Below, one piece after another: positions 28,582 to 38,585 of a stretch of DNA of 64,000 nt. The notes under the pieces are model-generated. The model ran no database searches and had not been told where the DNA came from. It was given only the letters and a program-made list of their open reading frames with translations. Where the stretch lies: contig CAXWPJ010000009.1 in assembly GCA_963664115.2 (NCBI GenBank), forward strand, positions 800,001-864,000, read 5' to 3'. Every line of letters begins with the position of its first letter. Positions within the stretch are counted from its first letter, which is position 1. A program made the translations under genes and the position numbers. The stretch comes from Terriglobia bacterium. GTDB lineage: Bacteria > Acidobacteriota > Terriglobia > 20CM-2-55-15.

Positions 28582-30672
28582 ATGTCGACAACCGTAGCCG
28601 ATACCGATCAACTCATTGGTTTTCTAAAAAACGTCAGCCTTTTCGAGGATTTGCCCGAAGAAAGCCTGGTAAAACTCGGATCCTGCCTGAAAATCACGGA
28701 GTTTCCCCCGTCTGAAAGCGTCATGCGCGAAGGGGCGCCGGGCGTCTCGATGTATATCATCAAAGACGGCATGGTGGAGGTCCGGAAAAAGGACCCGGTT
28801 ACAGGCATCGATTTCCTCGTGGCGCAGTTGGGCCCGGGAGCGGCCGTTGGCGAAATGTCCCTGTTGACGGGTAAACCGCGCTCCGCGAGCGTAAACACGG
28901 TCGAACCGACCTCGGTCTACACGCTGACCCGCACAGATTTCCGCAATCTTCTCACGCAATACCCGGAAATCTCCCTGGGCCTGGCCAGAATTCTGGCAGA
29001 GCGACTCGAAGAAGCCAACAAGCAGGTCGGCGTCGAGTTCGTCAGCCTGACGAAAAACATCAACTTCGACCCCCGGGTCGTGAGCCTGATTCCTCAGAAC
29101 ATTCTCACCCAACATAAAGTGGTGCCGATCGCATACACGAACAACGCCCTCACCCTGGCGATGGTGAATCCGTCCAACCTTGTCGCCTTCGACGATGTCC
29201 GGCGCTACGTCAAGGGAGTCATCATCGAACCCCGCGTATGTACCGACGAGGAATTCAAAAAGTTCATGGCCCAGGAATATCCGAGGCTGATGAATGTCGA
29301 CGAGGAAATCGACAAGGATAAACAGGCAGAGAAACTCAAGAGAGACCTCGAAAGAAAGAAGAAGCAGCATAAGGAAGAAGCGGCAGCTGCGGTTTCCAGC
29401 ACGCAGCAAGAAAACCTGGAAGACCTTGAAGCCGAAATTCTGAGCGGCATCGAGGTCCAGGAGGACGAAGAAGAGAAGCCGTCGGAAACGGATCTCCAGA
29501 CCGCGTCGGGAGACGCGCCTATCGTCCGGCTGGCCAACAACATCCTGGCACTGGCGATCAAGAAGGGGGCCAGTGACATCCATCTCGAGCCTCAGGAAGA
29601 GGGCGTGCGGGTGCGCCTCCGAATAGACGGTGTCCTTCGAGTGGAAAATGTCCTATCGCGCAAGATCATGCTCCCGCTGATCTCACGCTTCAAGATCCTG
29701 TCACGCCTGGATATTTCCGAAAGGCGCCTTCCGCAGGACGGGCGTATTTCGATCAAGTTCGAGGGTCGCGGCATCGACTTCCGTGTATCCACGGTGCCCG
29801 CAAAATTCGGCGAGAAGGTCGTCATGCGGATTCTCGACAAGAGCGCGGCGCTCTTGCCGCTGGACAAGATCATCAACCATCAGGAAACGATGGAAAAGGT
29901 CCGGTGGATGATCAATCAGCCTTACGGCATCATCTACGTCACGGGACCGACCGGATCAGGAAAAACAACTTCGCTATACAGCTCGCTGGGCGAGATCAAC
30001 TCCCCGGGCACCAATATCTCGACGGCTGAGGATCCCATCGAGTATGACCTGGCGGGGGTCAACCAGATCCAGACCCACAAGGATATCGGCCTCGATTTTG
30101 CCCGGGTGCTTCGAGCCTTTCTTCGACAGGACCCCGATGTCATCCTCGTCGGCGAGACCCGCGATCGGGAAACAGCCGGGATCGCCGTTGAAGCTGCCCT
30201 TACAGGCCACCTTGTGTTCACAACTTTGCACACGAACGACGCCCCGGGGGCGTTCACCCGTCTTGAAGAAATGGGCGTCGAACCCTTCCTGATGTCGAGT
30301 TCGACCATCGGCATCCTCGCACAACGCCTGGCACGCCGTATCTGCACGAAATGCAAAGAAGAAGTCAAGCCGGACGAAGCGACCGCCAAGTTCTTCGGTT
30401 ACGACATGAACGACCTGCCGACGTTCTATAAGGGCAAAGGTTGCGACAACTGCGGTGGCAACGGGTACAAGGGGCGTGTCGGTGTCTACGAAGTCCTTCT
30501 CATGAACGACGAACTCCGGCGCTTGGTTTCAGGCGGAGCCAAGTCCGATGAAGTCCGGGATTGCGCCGTGAAGCACGGCATGATGACGCTTCAAAATTAT
30601 GCGGAGTTCCTCTTGAAAGAGGGACTGACGACGATGGAAGCGGTTCTTGGTGTCATTTCGATCGCAGAGTAA
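28582..30672 (+). CDS. PilB/GspE-family secretion ATPase with N-terminal cyclic-nucleotide-binding domain
   Basis: cNMP cassette GEMSLLTGKPRSASV; T2SSE_N-like segment; ASDIHLEP, RRLPQDGR, Walker A GPTGSGKTT, EDPIE, Walker B VILVGETRD, TTLHTND, CxxC...CxxC. Confidence 0.92.
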   Translation: MSTTVADTDQLIGFLKNVSLFEDLPEESLVKLGSCLKITEFPPSESVMREGAPGVSMYIIKDGMVEVRKKDPVTGIDFLVAQLGPGAAVGEMSLLTGKPRSASVNTVEPTSVYTLTRTDFRNLLTQYPEISLGLARILAERLEEANKQVGVEFVSLTKNINFDPRVVSLIPQNILTQHKVVPIAYTNNALTLAMVNPSNLVAFDDVRRYVKGVIIEPRVCTDEEFKKFMAQEYPRLMNVDEEIDKDKQAEKLKRDLERKKKQHKEEAAAAVSSTQQENLEDLEAEILSGIEVQEDEEEKPSETDLQTASGDAPIVRLANNILALAIKKGASDIHLEPQEEGVRVRLRIDGVLRVENVLSRKIMLPLISRFKILSRLDISERRLPQDGRISIKFEGRGIDFRVSTVPAKFGEKVVMRILDKSAALLPLDKIINHQETMEKVRWMINQPYGIIYVTGPTGSGKTTSLYSSLGEINSPGTNISTAEDPIEYDLAGVNQIQTHKDIGLDFARVLRAFLRQDPDVILVGETRDRETAGIAVEAALTGHLVFTTLHTNDAPGAFTRLEEMGVEPFLMSSSTIGILAQRLARRICTKCKEEVKPDEATAKFFGYDMNDLPTFYKGKGCDNCGGNGYKGRVGVYEVLLMNDELRRLVSGGAKSDEVRDCAVKHGMMTLQNYAEFLLKEGLTTMEAVLGVISIAE

Positions 30673-30720
30673 GGGCTTATCAACTGAAGCCTGCTGTCCT
30701 CGGATACCCACTAAACGACC

Positions 30721-30962
30721 TAAGATTTCGCTCGGTCGTTCAATCGGTCATCCTGACCGAACGACCGGCGACCCTCTCCATCATCCTTGATGGAGAGCCT
30801 TATTAAGAATCACGGAATGTTGATGCAGTTCTTAGAAATAACCCGCAGCGTTCCTCGCTGCGGGTGGACAGCTTTCGCAGTGAAGACGCGATAGCCGAGG
30901 CGTCTGAGTAATGAAATGATCGGATGGGACGGCAGCAAATGTTGATGTCGAGTACTTCTAAC
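30721..30962. repeat. Multi-hairpin dispersed element, copy 1
   Basis: Reverse-complement similarity to 51883-52117 and 56879-57049; three hairpins. Confidence 0.85.
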
Positions 30963-30973
30963 TCAATCCCCTA

Positions 30974-32124
30974 GTGGTCCCCGTTAAACAGACTGTAACT
31001 TATCAAGATTTCGCCGGCCGCGCTGGACTTTAGCAAGGATGTCGGAAGCCGTTGCAGTCCAGATGAAGGGTTTCGGGTCTTCATTGTGACGAGCGAGGTA
31101 GTCCTCCACGGCCTGGATCAACTCGGGGACCGAGCGGAAAACGCCACGCCGGAGTCGTTGCTCGGACAGATCCCGGAAAAAGCGCTCGACCATGTTGAGC
31201 CACGACGCACTGGTTGGCGTGAAGTGCACATGAAAACGCTTGTTACGCTTGAGCCAGTTGACGACTTTCTGATGTTTGTGAGTCGCATAGTTGTCGCAAA
31301 TAATGTGGATCTCCTTATCTTTCGGCATGGCGCGTTTGATCTGATTCAGAAACCGGATCCATTCCTGATGGCGATGCTTTGGCATGCAGGTTCCGATGAC
31401 CGAACCGTCCAGGATGTTGAGCGCGGCGAAAAGCGTGGTTGTCCCGTTACGTTTGTAATCGTGGGTCATGGTGCCACACCGCCCCTTCTTCAGAGGTAAC
31501 CCGGGTTGCGTGCGGTCCAGGGCCTGCATCTGGCTCTTCTCATCGCAGGACAAGACAATGGCGTTTTCCGGTGGGCTCAGATACAGACCGACCACATCCT
31601 CCAGCTTTTCGGCGAATCGTTTGTCGTTGGATAGTTTGAAGGTTCGTGACAGATGAGGCTTCAGTCCATGGACCCGCCAGATTTTCCCGACCGTGGACTC
31701 GCTCACGCCAACGGCCTTCGCCATCGAGGCCCGACTCCAGTGCGTCGCGTTCGGGGGCTTCTCTTCCAGTGTCTTCTTGACGATCCGGGCTCGCTTCCGG
31801 CGACTGATCGTGGGAATCCGTCCGCTTCGCGGCGCATCCTTTTCGATCCCAGCCAAGCCCTGTTCCACAAAACGATTGCGCCAGCGGCCCGCTTTCTGGC
31901 GCGTGATCTCCAAGCGGGCGGCGATCTCATAATTGTTCCGACCTTCAGCGGCCAGTAATACAATTCGGGATCGTTCCGCCAACCGGACCGATGTACTCCG
32001 GCTTCGACTCAGTCGCTCCAACTCCATCCGCTGCTTGTCATCCAATTCAATGGTCGGTGCTTTCCTCATTCTCTATTGGACGTTGGAAAGCTATTTTAGT
32101 TACATTACTTCGAGCGGGGTACAC
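30974..32124 (-). mobile_element. IS630-family insertion sequence, apparently intact
   Basis: Imperfect 27-bp TIRs (GTGGTCCCCGTTAAACAGACTGTAACT and GTGTACCCCGCTCGAAGTAATGTAACT); TA duplication at 30972-30973 and 32125-32126 within CTAG. Confidence 0.92.
30984..32069 (-). CDS. IS630-family DDE transposase
   Basis: N-terminal HTH domains; SCDEKSQ, HDYKRNGTTTLF, CDNYATHK, SWLNMVERFF. Confidence 0.96.
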   Translation of the reverse strand: MRKAPTIELDDKQRMELERLSRSRSTSVRLAERSRIVLLAAEGRNNYEIAARLEITRQKAGRWRNRFVEQGLAGIEKDAPRSGRIPTISRRKRARIVKKTLEEKPPNATHWSRASMAKAVGVSESTVGKIWRVHGLKPHLSRTFKLSNDKRFAEKLEDVVGLYLSPPENAIVLSCDEKSQMQALDRTQPGLPLKKGRCGTMTHDYKRNGTTTLFAALNILDGSVIGTCMPKHRHQEWIRFLNQIKRAMPKDKEIHIICDNYATHKHQKVVNWLKRNKRFHVHFTPTSASWLNMVERFFRDLSEQRLRRGVFRSVPELIQAVEDYLARHNEDPKPFIWTATASDILAKVQRGRRNLDKLQSV

Positions 32125-33128
32125 TAGTTTCCACTACCCACCTCACCGCCAACAAACTCTTGATATTTGAGAACGTCGTCATGGCTGCCAATAATCAAGG
32201 GCACGCGCATCTGGAGCGAGTCCGGTTGGACGTTGAGTATCCGTTCGGTCCCGGTAGTCGCCAGGCCACCGGCCTGTTCGGCCACCATGGCCAGGGGGGA
32301 GGCCTCGTACAAAAGCCGCAGCTTGGCCTTGGGGCCTGGATAGAGAAAGATCCCACCCTTCAGAAGATTCCGGTGAAAATCGGCAACCAACGAGCCGATG
32401 TAGCGCATCGAATAGGGCCGACCTCCGGCTTCGTCATTTTCTTTCAGGTAGCGAACGTAGGCTTGGGTCGCGTCGTCCCACTTGGATTCATTGCCTTCGT
32501 TGATGCTGTATATCCTCCCCTGCTTCGGGCTCTGAATGTTCTCGTGCGAAAGGAGAAACTCGCCCAGAGGTGGATCCAGCGTAAACCCATGAACACCGTT
32601 GCCTGTCGTGTATACCATCATGGTGCTTGAACCATAGATGAAATAACCGGCGGCCACCTGTTTGTATCCGAGCTGGAGACAGTCCGCTTCGGTACCGTCA
32701 CCCTCCTCTGAAACTCTACGGTGGATCGAAAAGATCGTTCCAATACTCGTATTGACATCGATGTTGGAAGAGCCATCCAGCGGATCGTGAAGGAGGACGT
32801 ACTTGCCTCTTGGACTTCCGTCGGGAAGCAGAATGATCCCGTCTGATTCCTCCGACGCCATCACACAGAGCATTCCACAGCTGCCCATGGCCCGATAGAT
32901 CGTGCTATCGGCAAAGTCGTCCAGCTTCATAACGGTTTCGCCGTACACATTGATGCTGTCGGTTTCACCCAGAACGGTTTTAGCCAAGCCCGCGCGATTG
33001 ACGTCTCGAGAAATAATCTTTGCTGCCACTGTCAGGTTCGTAAGCAATGAAGTGAAATCACCGGTCGCTTCAGGATGTTTGCGTTCCTCATCCAGAATAT
33101 GTTGCTGAACTGTTTTAATCGCGCTCAT
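32124..33128 (-). CDS. fbp: Class 1 fructose-1,6-bisphosphatase
   Basis: ASEE, DPLDGSSNIDVN, YSINEGN, RYIGSLVADFHR, KLRLLYEA. Confidence 0.96.
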   Translation of the reverse strand: MSAIKTVQQHILDEERKHPEATGDFTSLLTNLTVAAKIISRDVNRAGLAKTVLGETDSINVYGETVMKLDDFADSTIYRAMGSCGMLCVMASEESDGIILLPDGSPRGKYVLLHDPLDGSSNIDVNTSIGTIFSIHRRVSEEGDGTEADCLQLGYKQVAAGYFIYGSSTMMVYTTGNGVHGFTLDPPLGEFLLSHENIQSPKQGRIYSINEGNESKWDDATQAYVRYLKENDEAGGRPYSMRYIGSLVADFHRNLLKGGIFLYPGPKAKLRLLYEASPLAMVAEQAGGLATTGTERILNVQPDSLQMRVPLIIGSHDDVLKYQEFVGGEVGSGN

Positions 33129-33133
33129 ACGTA

Positions 33134-34153
33134 TCAACTCTTAAGCTGTTGCACTTCTTCGCGGAGTCGCTGTAGTTCTTTCGCCATCTTGGGCAACCTC
33201 GCGACATATGCTTGCTGCAGTTTGATGTCTTTCAACGGGCGCGCTGGGGTCCCCCACAGCACCTGTCCCGCTCGGGAACGCTTCCCATTCAGAACCCCGC
33301 TTTGTCCCCCGATCACCGAGCCGTCATCAATTCGGGCCCCTTCGCCCACACCGACCTGCCCCCCGATCATCGCGTCGGCTCCGATGGAACAACTCCCTGA
33401 AACTCCGGTTTGGGCTGCAATCACTGTCCGGCCCCCGATGCGCACGTTGTGGCCGATGTGACACAGATTATCCAGTTTTGTTCCCTTTTCGATAATGGTT
33501 TGGCCCAACGATCCTCGATCGATCGTCGTGTTCGCTCCGATCTCGACATCATCTTCTATAACGAGTCGACCGCGCTGGGGAAACTTCAAGAGCGTGTCCC
33601 CGTCACGGACATAGCCGAAACCGTCAGACCCGATCACGACACCGGCATGGAGGATCACTCTGTTTCCGATCTGAGCGCCTTGATAGATCACCACGTTGGC
33701 GTGTATGACGCATTGAGATCCCACCGCGCACCCAGCGGCAATATAACATCCCGGGCGAACGACAGTGGACGGACCGATCCGGACATCGTCTTCGATGACG
33801 ACGTGGGCTCCGACCTCCACTCCGTCCCCCAGTTCAACGTCCTCACCGATGACAGCCGTCGGGTGCACCCCAGGAACCGCCCGGGCGGTTGGAATGAGCC
33901 ACTCGGCCGCTCGAATGAAAGCAACTTTCGGGTTCTGAACCACAATCGTAGTCTTCGCAGGATACTCGCCTTCCGAAACCAGAACACAGGAGGCCCGGCT
34001 CGAGGCCACGCGATCCTGGTAGCGTGGTTCGGCATAACTGAGATCCCCCTCACTCGCCTGGCCGAGATCGGCAACGTTCTCGATTGGCTCGGCAGGGGAA
34101 CCCTCCAACCGTCCGCCAAGAAATTCGGCCAGTTCTCCGGCTGTTCGTTTCAT
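33134..34153 (-). CDS. lpxD: UDP-3-O-acylglucosamine N-acyltransferase
   Basis: Start MKRTAGEL (ATGA overlap with hemY stop); hexapeptide repeats; [29 protein letters not shown]. Confidence 0.93.
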   Translation of the reverse strand: MKRTAGELAEFLGGRLEGSPAEPIENVADLGQASEGDLSYAEPRYQDRVASSRASCVLVSEGEYPAKTTIVVQNPKVAFIRAAEWLIPTARAVPGVHPTAVIGEDVELGDGVEVGAHVVIEDDVRIGPSTVVRPGCYIAAGCAVGSQCVIHANVVIYQGAQIGNRVILHAGVVIGSDGFGYVRDGDTLLKFPQRGRLVIEDDVEIGANTTIDRGSLGQTIIEKGTKLDNLCHIGHNVRIGGRTVIAAQTGVSGSCSIGADAMIGGQVGVGEGARIDDGSVIGGQSGVLNGKRSRAGQVLWGTPARPLKDIKLQQAYVARLPKMAKELQRLREEVQQLKS

Positions 34154-35445
34154 GAAGCCCTCCGAAGGTATTCGATAACGGCACTGCCTGTCCGTTGGCC
34201 CTGCTCGATCGATGCGGGCACGGATACGCCATTCAAATAGTTGCCAGCCAGGAAAAGGCCTGGCTGTTTCGCTATCCTTTTCATCGCATCCTTTTTCCAA
34301 CGCGGCTGTCCGAGACGATATTGAGGAATCGCGCGTGGGTAGCGGAACAGCGCCAACTGTTTCACACCACCTTCAAATCCGAGAACCTGTTTCAATTCTG
34401 ATTCCACCGTTTCCCACACGCGCTCGTCCGACCACCGAACGATGTCCGGCTCAGTCGCGCCCCCAAGAAAACTGGTTAAAAGGGCCTTCCCTTCCGGTGC
34501 GCGACTCGGAAACAGACTGGAGCTGAATAGCGTTCCGAGGGTATGGAGACTCTCCCCTCGGGGCACCAGAAAGCCGAATCCGTCCAATGGGGTCCTCAAC
34601 TGTGCCTCACCCACGGAGGCGGCTACCACAAGAATCGGGGCGTATGGAACAGCCCGGAACACATTTCCAAGCTCTGGATCGATGGGTGTGAGCAAGGCCG
34701 ACACAGCATCGGCTGGAGCCGCGACCACCACGGCCTTCGCCTGAATTTGTCCGGCAGAGGAATCCACACTCCAACTCGGTTCTAAGCACGTGCCATCGAC
34801 ACCATAGCGAATATCCAGATTTCTGGCCAGGCCCCGGGGTAGCGTTTCCATCCCTCTTCGGAAGGACGAAAGCTTCGGACGTGGTCTCGATAGCGCCCCG
34901 CGCAGCACACCGAGCATAACGCTGCCGTAGAGTGACTCCAACTCCTTCATCCGCGGGAACGTCGCTTCGATCGACAGCTCTTCTGTGTCTCCAGCGTAGA
35001 TACCTCCAACGAACGGAGCAACGAGTCGATCATGAACCTCGGTTCCGAATCGCCGGCGAAAGAATGAGGCCAATGATTCGTCTCCTTGATCGCGATTTCG
35101 CGACATGAGCGGTTCCGCGAGAGCTCGGAGCGTACCGGCTGGAGAGAGAACCCATGGTGCCCTGCGTAGCTTGCCATTGACGTAAATGAACCTGGGAGAT
35201 TTCAGGGGCGCCACGACAATCTCCTCCATAAGACCGGCCTCCTGGAGAAATTCGATGGTGGCCCGCGTTGGGAGGATTGAGTTGGGACCCGATTCGACAA
35301 GGTAGCCGTCGAGCCGATGGCTTTGAATGACGCCGCCCGGTCGTCGCTTCGCTTCCAGAACGACTACGTCGAAACCTGCGCGTCGAATCTGCCACGCGCA
35401 GGCCAAGCCAGAGATCCCTCCTCCAATGACGACGACATCTGACAT
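34150..35445 (-). CDS. hemY: Proto/coproporphyrinogen oxidase (HemY/CgoX type)
   Basis: GGGISGL FAD motif, [24 protein letters not shown]. Confidence 0.9.
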   Translation of the reverse strand: MSDVVVIGGGISGLACAWQIRRAGFDVVVLEAKRRPGGVIQSHRLDGYLVESGPNSILPTRATIEFLQEAGLMEEIVVAPLKSPRFIYVNGKLRRAPWVLSPAGTLRALAEPLMSRNRDQGDESLASFFRRRFGTEVHDRLVAPFVGGIYAGDTEELSIEATFPRMKELESLYGSVMLGVLRGALSRPRPKLSSFRRGMETLPRGLARNLDIRYGVDGTCLEPSWSVDSSAGQIQAKAVVVAAPADAVSALLTPIDPELGNVFRAVPYAPILVVAASVGEAQLRTPLDGFGFLVPRGESLHTLGTLFSSSLFPSRAPEGKALLTSFLGGATEPDIVRWSDERVWETVESELKQVLGFEGGVKQLALFRYPRAIPQYRLGQPRWKKDAMKRIAKQPGLFLAGNYLNGVSVPASIEQGQRTGSAVIEYLRRAS

Positions 35446-35466
35446 GGCTAATAGGAGTTCGCTCGA

Positions 35467-36435
35467 CTACTCTTTCAAAGCAACTTCGACCAACTCTCGC
35501 AGCGACTGAATAAACGTAGGGTCACAGTTGAGGGCTGGAACCCGCCGATAGGTATCGATGCCCGCATCGGCAGCCACCTTTTTGTAAAGGATGTCGAGTT
35601 CGTAGAGCGTCTCGATGTGCTCGGACACGAAACTGACAGGGACGACCAGGATTTCATCCACCCCTTGCCTTCCAAGTTCAACAATCACGTCGTTCGTAGA
35701 AGGCCCGAGCCATTCAACCGGCCCGATCTTGCTCTGAAACGAAAGTCGGTATGGATTTATTCTTCCTAAGCGGTCCGCAATAAGCTCGACCGTTTCACGT
35801 GTCTGCTCCAGGTAGGGGTCGCCCTCGCGCACATAGCGTTCAGGAATGCTGTGGGCGCTGAACAAGATCTGCACGTTGTCGGGTTCAGGAAAGTCTTCAA
35901 GTTCTCTACGGATCATTTGAGTAATCGCGGATATGTAGGTGCTGTGGTTCTGCCACGACGATACCCAACGGACGTCAGTTCCGGCAAGCGCAGGTCGTTC
36001 CTGGATCAGGCGTTCAAGCGTACGGAAACCCGAGCCTGTGGTTGTCACCGAGTACTGGGGAAAGAGCGGCAGCACAACAAGACGGTCCACATCGTGGCGC
36101 TCGACCTCATCGAGTGTCTCGCTAAGAAACGGATGCCACGTGCACATGCCAACGAAAACATCGACCTGCATGCCAGCCCATCGCAGATCGTCCGAGAGGG
36201 CCTGGGCCTGTTCTTCCGTAATCCTTCGAAGAGGCGATCCCCCTCCAATCTTCCGGTAATACCCACACGACAGCCTTTTCCTCAAAGTCGCGATCAAATA
36301 AGCAACGGCATGACGGAGAAACGGAGATTTTATGCGAATGATCTCGGGATCCGAGAACAGTTCATACAGAAAGGGCTTGACCTCATCGAGGGATTCCGGT
36401 CCACCCAGATTAAAAACAATGACTGCGGTCTTCAT
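35467..36435 (-). CDS. hemH: Ferrochelatase
   Basis: NLGGP, GGGSPL, LFPQYS, FSAHSIP, SFQS, SEHIETLYELD. Confidence 0.95.
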   Translation of the reverse strand: MKTAVIVFNLGGPESLDEVKPFLYELFSDPEIIRIKSPFLRHAVAYLIATLRKRLSCGYYRKIGGGSPLRRITEEQAQALSDDLRWAGMQVDVFVGMCTWHPFLSETLDEVERHDVDRLVVLPLFPQYSVTTTGSGFRTLERLIQERPALAGTDVRWVSSWQNHSTYISAITQMIRRELEDFPEPDNVQILFSAHSIPERYVREGDPYLEQTRETVELIADRLGRINPYRLSFQSKIGPVEWLGPSTNDVIVELGRQGVDEILVVPVSFVSEHIETLYELDILYKKVAADAGIDTYRRVPALNCDPTFIQSLRELVEVALKE

Positions 36436-36472
36436 ACAATGCTTCGCATCGATACAGCGGGAAGAACAAATC

Positions 36473-36560
36473 TTTTTAACACGAAGGTCACGAAGGTCAC
36501 GAAGGACTTTAATTCAGTTTCTTCAATACCTGTTTGCCTTCGTTGCCTTCGTGTTAAAAA
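36473..36560. repeat. Intergenic palindrome of CACGAAGGT-type 9-mers
   Basis: Perfect 15-bp inverted ends TTTTTAACACGAAGG / CCTTCGTGTTAAAAA with tandem 9-mers in each arm. Confidence 0.8.
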
Positions 36561-36592
36561 TCCCATCCGATCAAGGTCAACATATCGCCAGG

Positions 36593-37612
36593 CTAGCTAT
36601 GTCTGTAGCTCTTCGCGAAATCGATGAACGCCTGTGCGTTCGTGACAGGTGTGGGGGGTAGAATTCCGTGTCCCAGATTCAGGATGTGGCCTGTGGGTCC
36701 CGCTTCTTCAAGAATCCTGGCGGTTCGCGCCAACATCGTGTCCCGATCACCGAGCAGGAGACATGGATCGAGGTTGCCCTGCACCGCCAGGTTATCTCCA
36801 ATCCGGTTACGGGCCTCTGCTATCGAAATCCGCCAATCGAGACTCAGGACATCCGCACCCGACCGAGCCATTGATTCAAGAAGCGCCGACGTTCCGTTCA
36901 GGTAAAGAATACGGGGCACCTCATCGCCAATCGCTTCGAAAATCTTCTGTGTGTACGGTAGGGCAAACTCTTCGTAATCGGTCTTGCTGAGTTCTCCAGC
37001 CCACGTATCGAAAAGTTGGACCACTTGCGCCCCGCATTCGATCTGATATCGAAGATAAGTGGCGATGGTGTCGGAGAGCTTGTCCATCAGCCGATGGACA
37101 AGCTCGGGTTGGCTGTATGCCATCCCTTTGATCACCGCAAAATTCTTTGAGCCACCGCCCTCGACCATGTAGGAACCGAGTGTCCAGGGAGCGCCGGCGA
37201 ATCCAATCAGGGGCACCGCGTCCCTCAGTTCGCTTCGAAGCGTGCGGAGCACTTCTCCGGTGAACGGAAACGCTTCATCAGGTTGCGGCACTTTCAGACG
37301 ATCGATGTCATCGGAACAGCGGACGGGATTACCAATCTCCGGTCCCTTGTCGGTGAGAGCCACGGAAACGCCCATCGCTTCGGCCGGAATCAGGATGTCG
37401 GAAAAAAAGATGACTGCGTCCACACCAAGAATCCGATACGGCTGCATCGAAACTTCTACAGCCAGGTCCGGGGTCTTGCACAATTCGAGAAAGGAAACGT
37501 CTTTCCGGATATCCCGATAGTCCTTCAGGTACCGGCCCGCCTGTCGCATCATCCAAACAGGCGATCGGGGAACACTCTCTCTTCTGCAGGCACGGATGAT
37601 CAAGTCGTTCAT
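36593..37612 (-). CDS. hemE: Uroporphyrinogen decarboxylase
   Basis: PVWMMRQAGRYL, FSDIL, GFAGAPWT, QGNLDP, NLGHGI. Confidence 0.97.
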   Translation of the reverse strand: MNDLIIRACRRESVPRSPVWMMRQAGRYLKDYRDIRKDVSFLELCKTPDLAVEVSMQPYRILGVDAVIFFSDILIPAEAMGVSVALTDKGPEIGNPVRCSDDIDRLKVPQPDEAFPFTGEVLRTLRSELRDAVPLIGFAGAPWTLGSYMVEGGGSKNFAVIKGMAYSQPELVHRLMDKLSDTIATYLRYQIECGAQVVQLFDTWAGELSKTDYEEFALPYTQKIFEAIGDEVPRILYLNGTSALLESMARSGADVLSLDWRISIAEARNRIGDNLAVQGNLDPCLLLGDRDTMLARTARILEEAGPTGHILNLGHGILPPTPVTNAQAFIDFAKSYRHS

Positions 37613-37699
37613 GATTTCGGATGGAACCTTCGATTAAATGGAAGCCGTTCGGTCAGGGGTCCAGGTTGAAACAAGGTCGTATGATACAATATCGCCTCG

Positions 37700-38470
37700 A
37701 TGCAGACATCCGAAACCGGGCTCAAGGCGCCGGTCGATGGCCAGCTAAGTCCTTCTGATCCCTATATTTCCATAGTTGTCCCTGCTTATAACGAGGCGCT
37801 TCGAATCGGCCCATCGGTTGAGGGCATTTTGCGTTTCATCGATGCCCGCCAGTTCGAGGCTGAAGTCATACTCGTTGATGATGGATCCGTCGACGATACC
37901 TCGAAAATAGCCTCCGCCTTCCCCCTCCGCATCATTCGTAATGGCTCCAATCGGGGAAAAGGATACAGCGTGCAACGCGGTGTTCTGGAAGCCAAAGGAG
38001 CCTGGGTGCTCTTTACCGATGCAGATCTGTCCGCGCCCATCGAAGAGTTGGACAGCCTTCTCGAGATGGGGGAAGACGGCGCTGATGTCGTCATCGGATC
38101 CCGAGCCGTGGACCGCTCGAAAATCAGTGTTCATCAAAGTCGATTCCGGGAAGTGGGAGGCATCTTCTACAACTTGATCGTTCGCCTGACGCTTGGGCTC
38201 TCCATCCAGGACACACAGTGCGGATTCAAGTTGTTTCGGCGAGAAACGACGTCCCAGGTCTTTCGGAATCAGACCATCCATGGTTTCGGCTTCGATCCCG
38301 AGATCCTGTTTCTTGCCAAACGCCAGGGATTGACGATCCGCGAAGTCCCTGTCGCATGGAGCCACGACGCGGGATCCAAGGTCCACTTCTTCAGCGACGG
38401 CCTCGAGATGTTCCTCGACCTGGCCCGCATACGATGGAACGCGTTGATGGGACGCTATGAAAAGAAATGA
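37700..38470 (+). CDS. GT2 glycosyltransferase (dolichyl-phosphate glucosyltransferase-like)
   Basis: VVPAYNE, VDDGS, NRGKG, TDAD, DTQCGFK. Confidence 0.9.
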   Translation: MQTSETGLKAPVDGQLSPSDPYISIVVPAYNEALRIGPSVEGILRFIDARQFEAEVILVDDGSVDDTSKIASAFPLRIIRNGSNRGKGYSVQRGVLEAKGAWVLFTDADLSAPIEELDSLLEMGEDGADVVIGSRAVDRSKISVHQSRFREVGGIFYNLIVRLTLGLSIQDTQCGFKLFRRETTSQVFRNQTIHGFGFDPEILFLAKRQGLTIREVPVAWSHDAGSKVHFFSDGLEMFLDLARIRWNALMGRYEKK

Positions 38471-38510
38471 ACAGTAACGAGTGAGGCGTGACGGGAAGGA
38501 GTGTCCGAAA

Positions 38511-38582
38511 CTTCGTTACCTTCGTGTCTGCGTGTTGAAAAACATCCCAGCGATCTCTGCGTTTCTGCGTCTCGGCGTTGGA
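38511..38582. repeat. Degenerate arms of the 9-mer palindrome family
   Basis: cttcgttaccttcgtgtctgcgtgttgaaaa and ctctgcgtttctgcgtctcggcgtt. Confidence 0.5.
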
Positions 38583-38585
38583 ATT

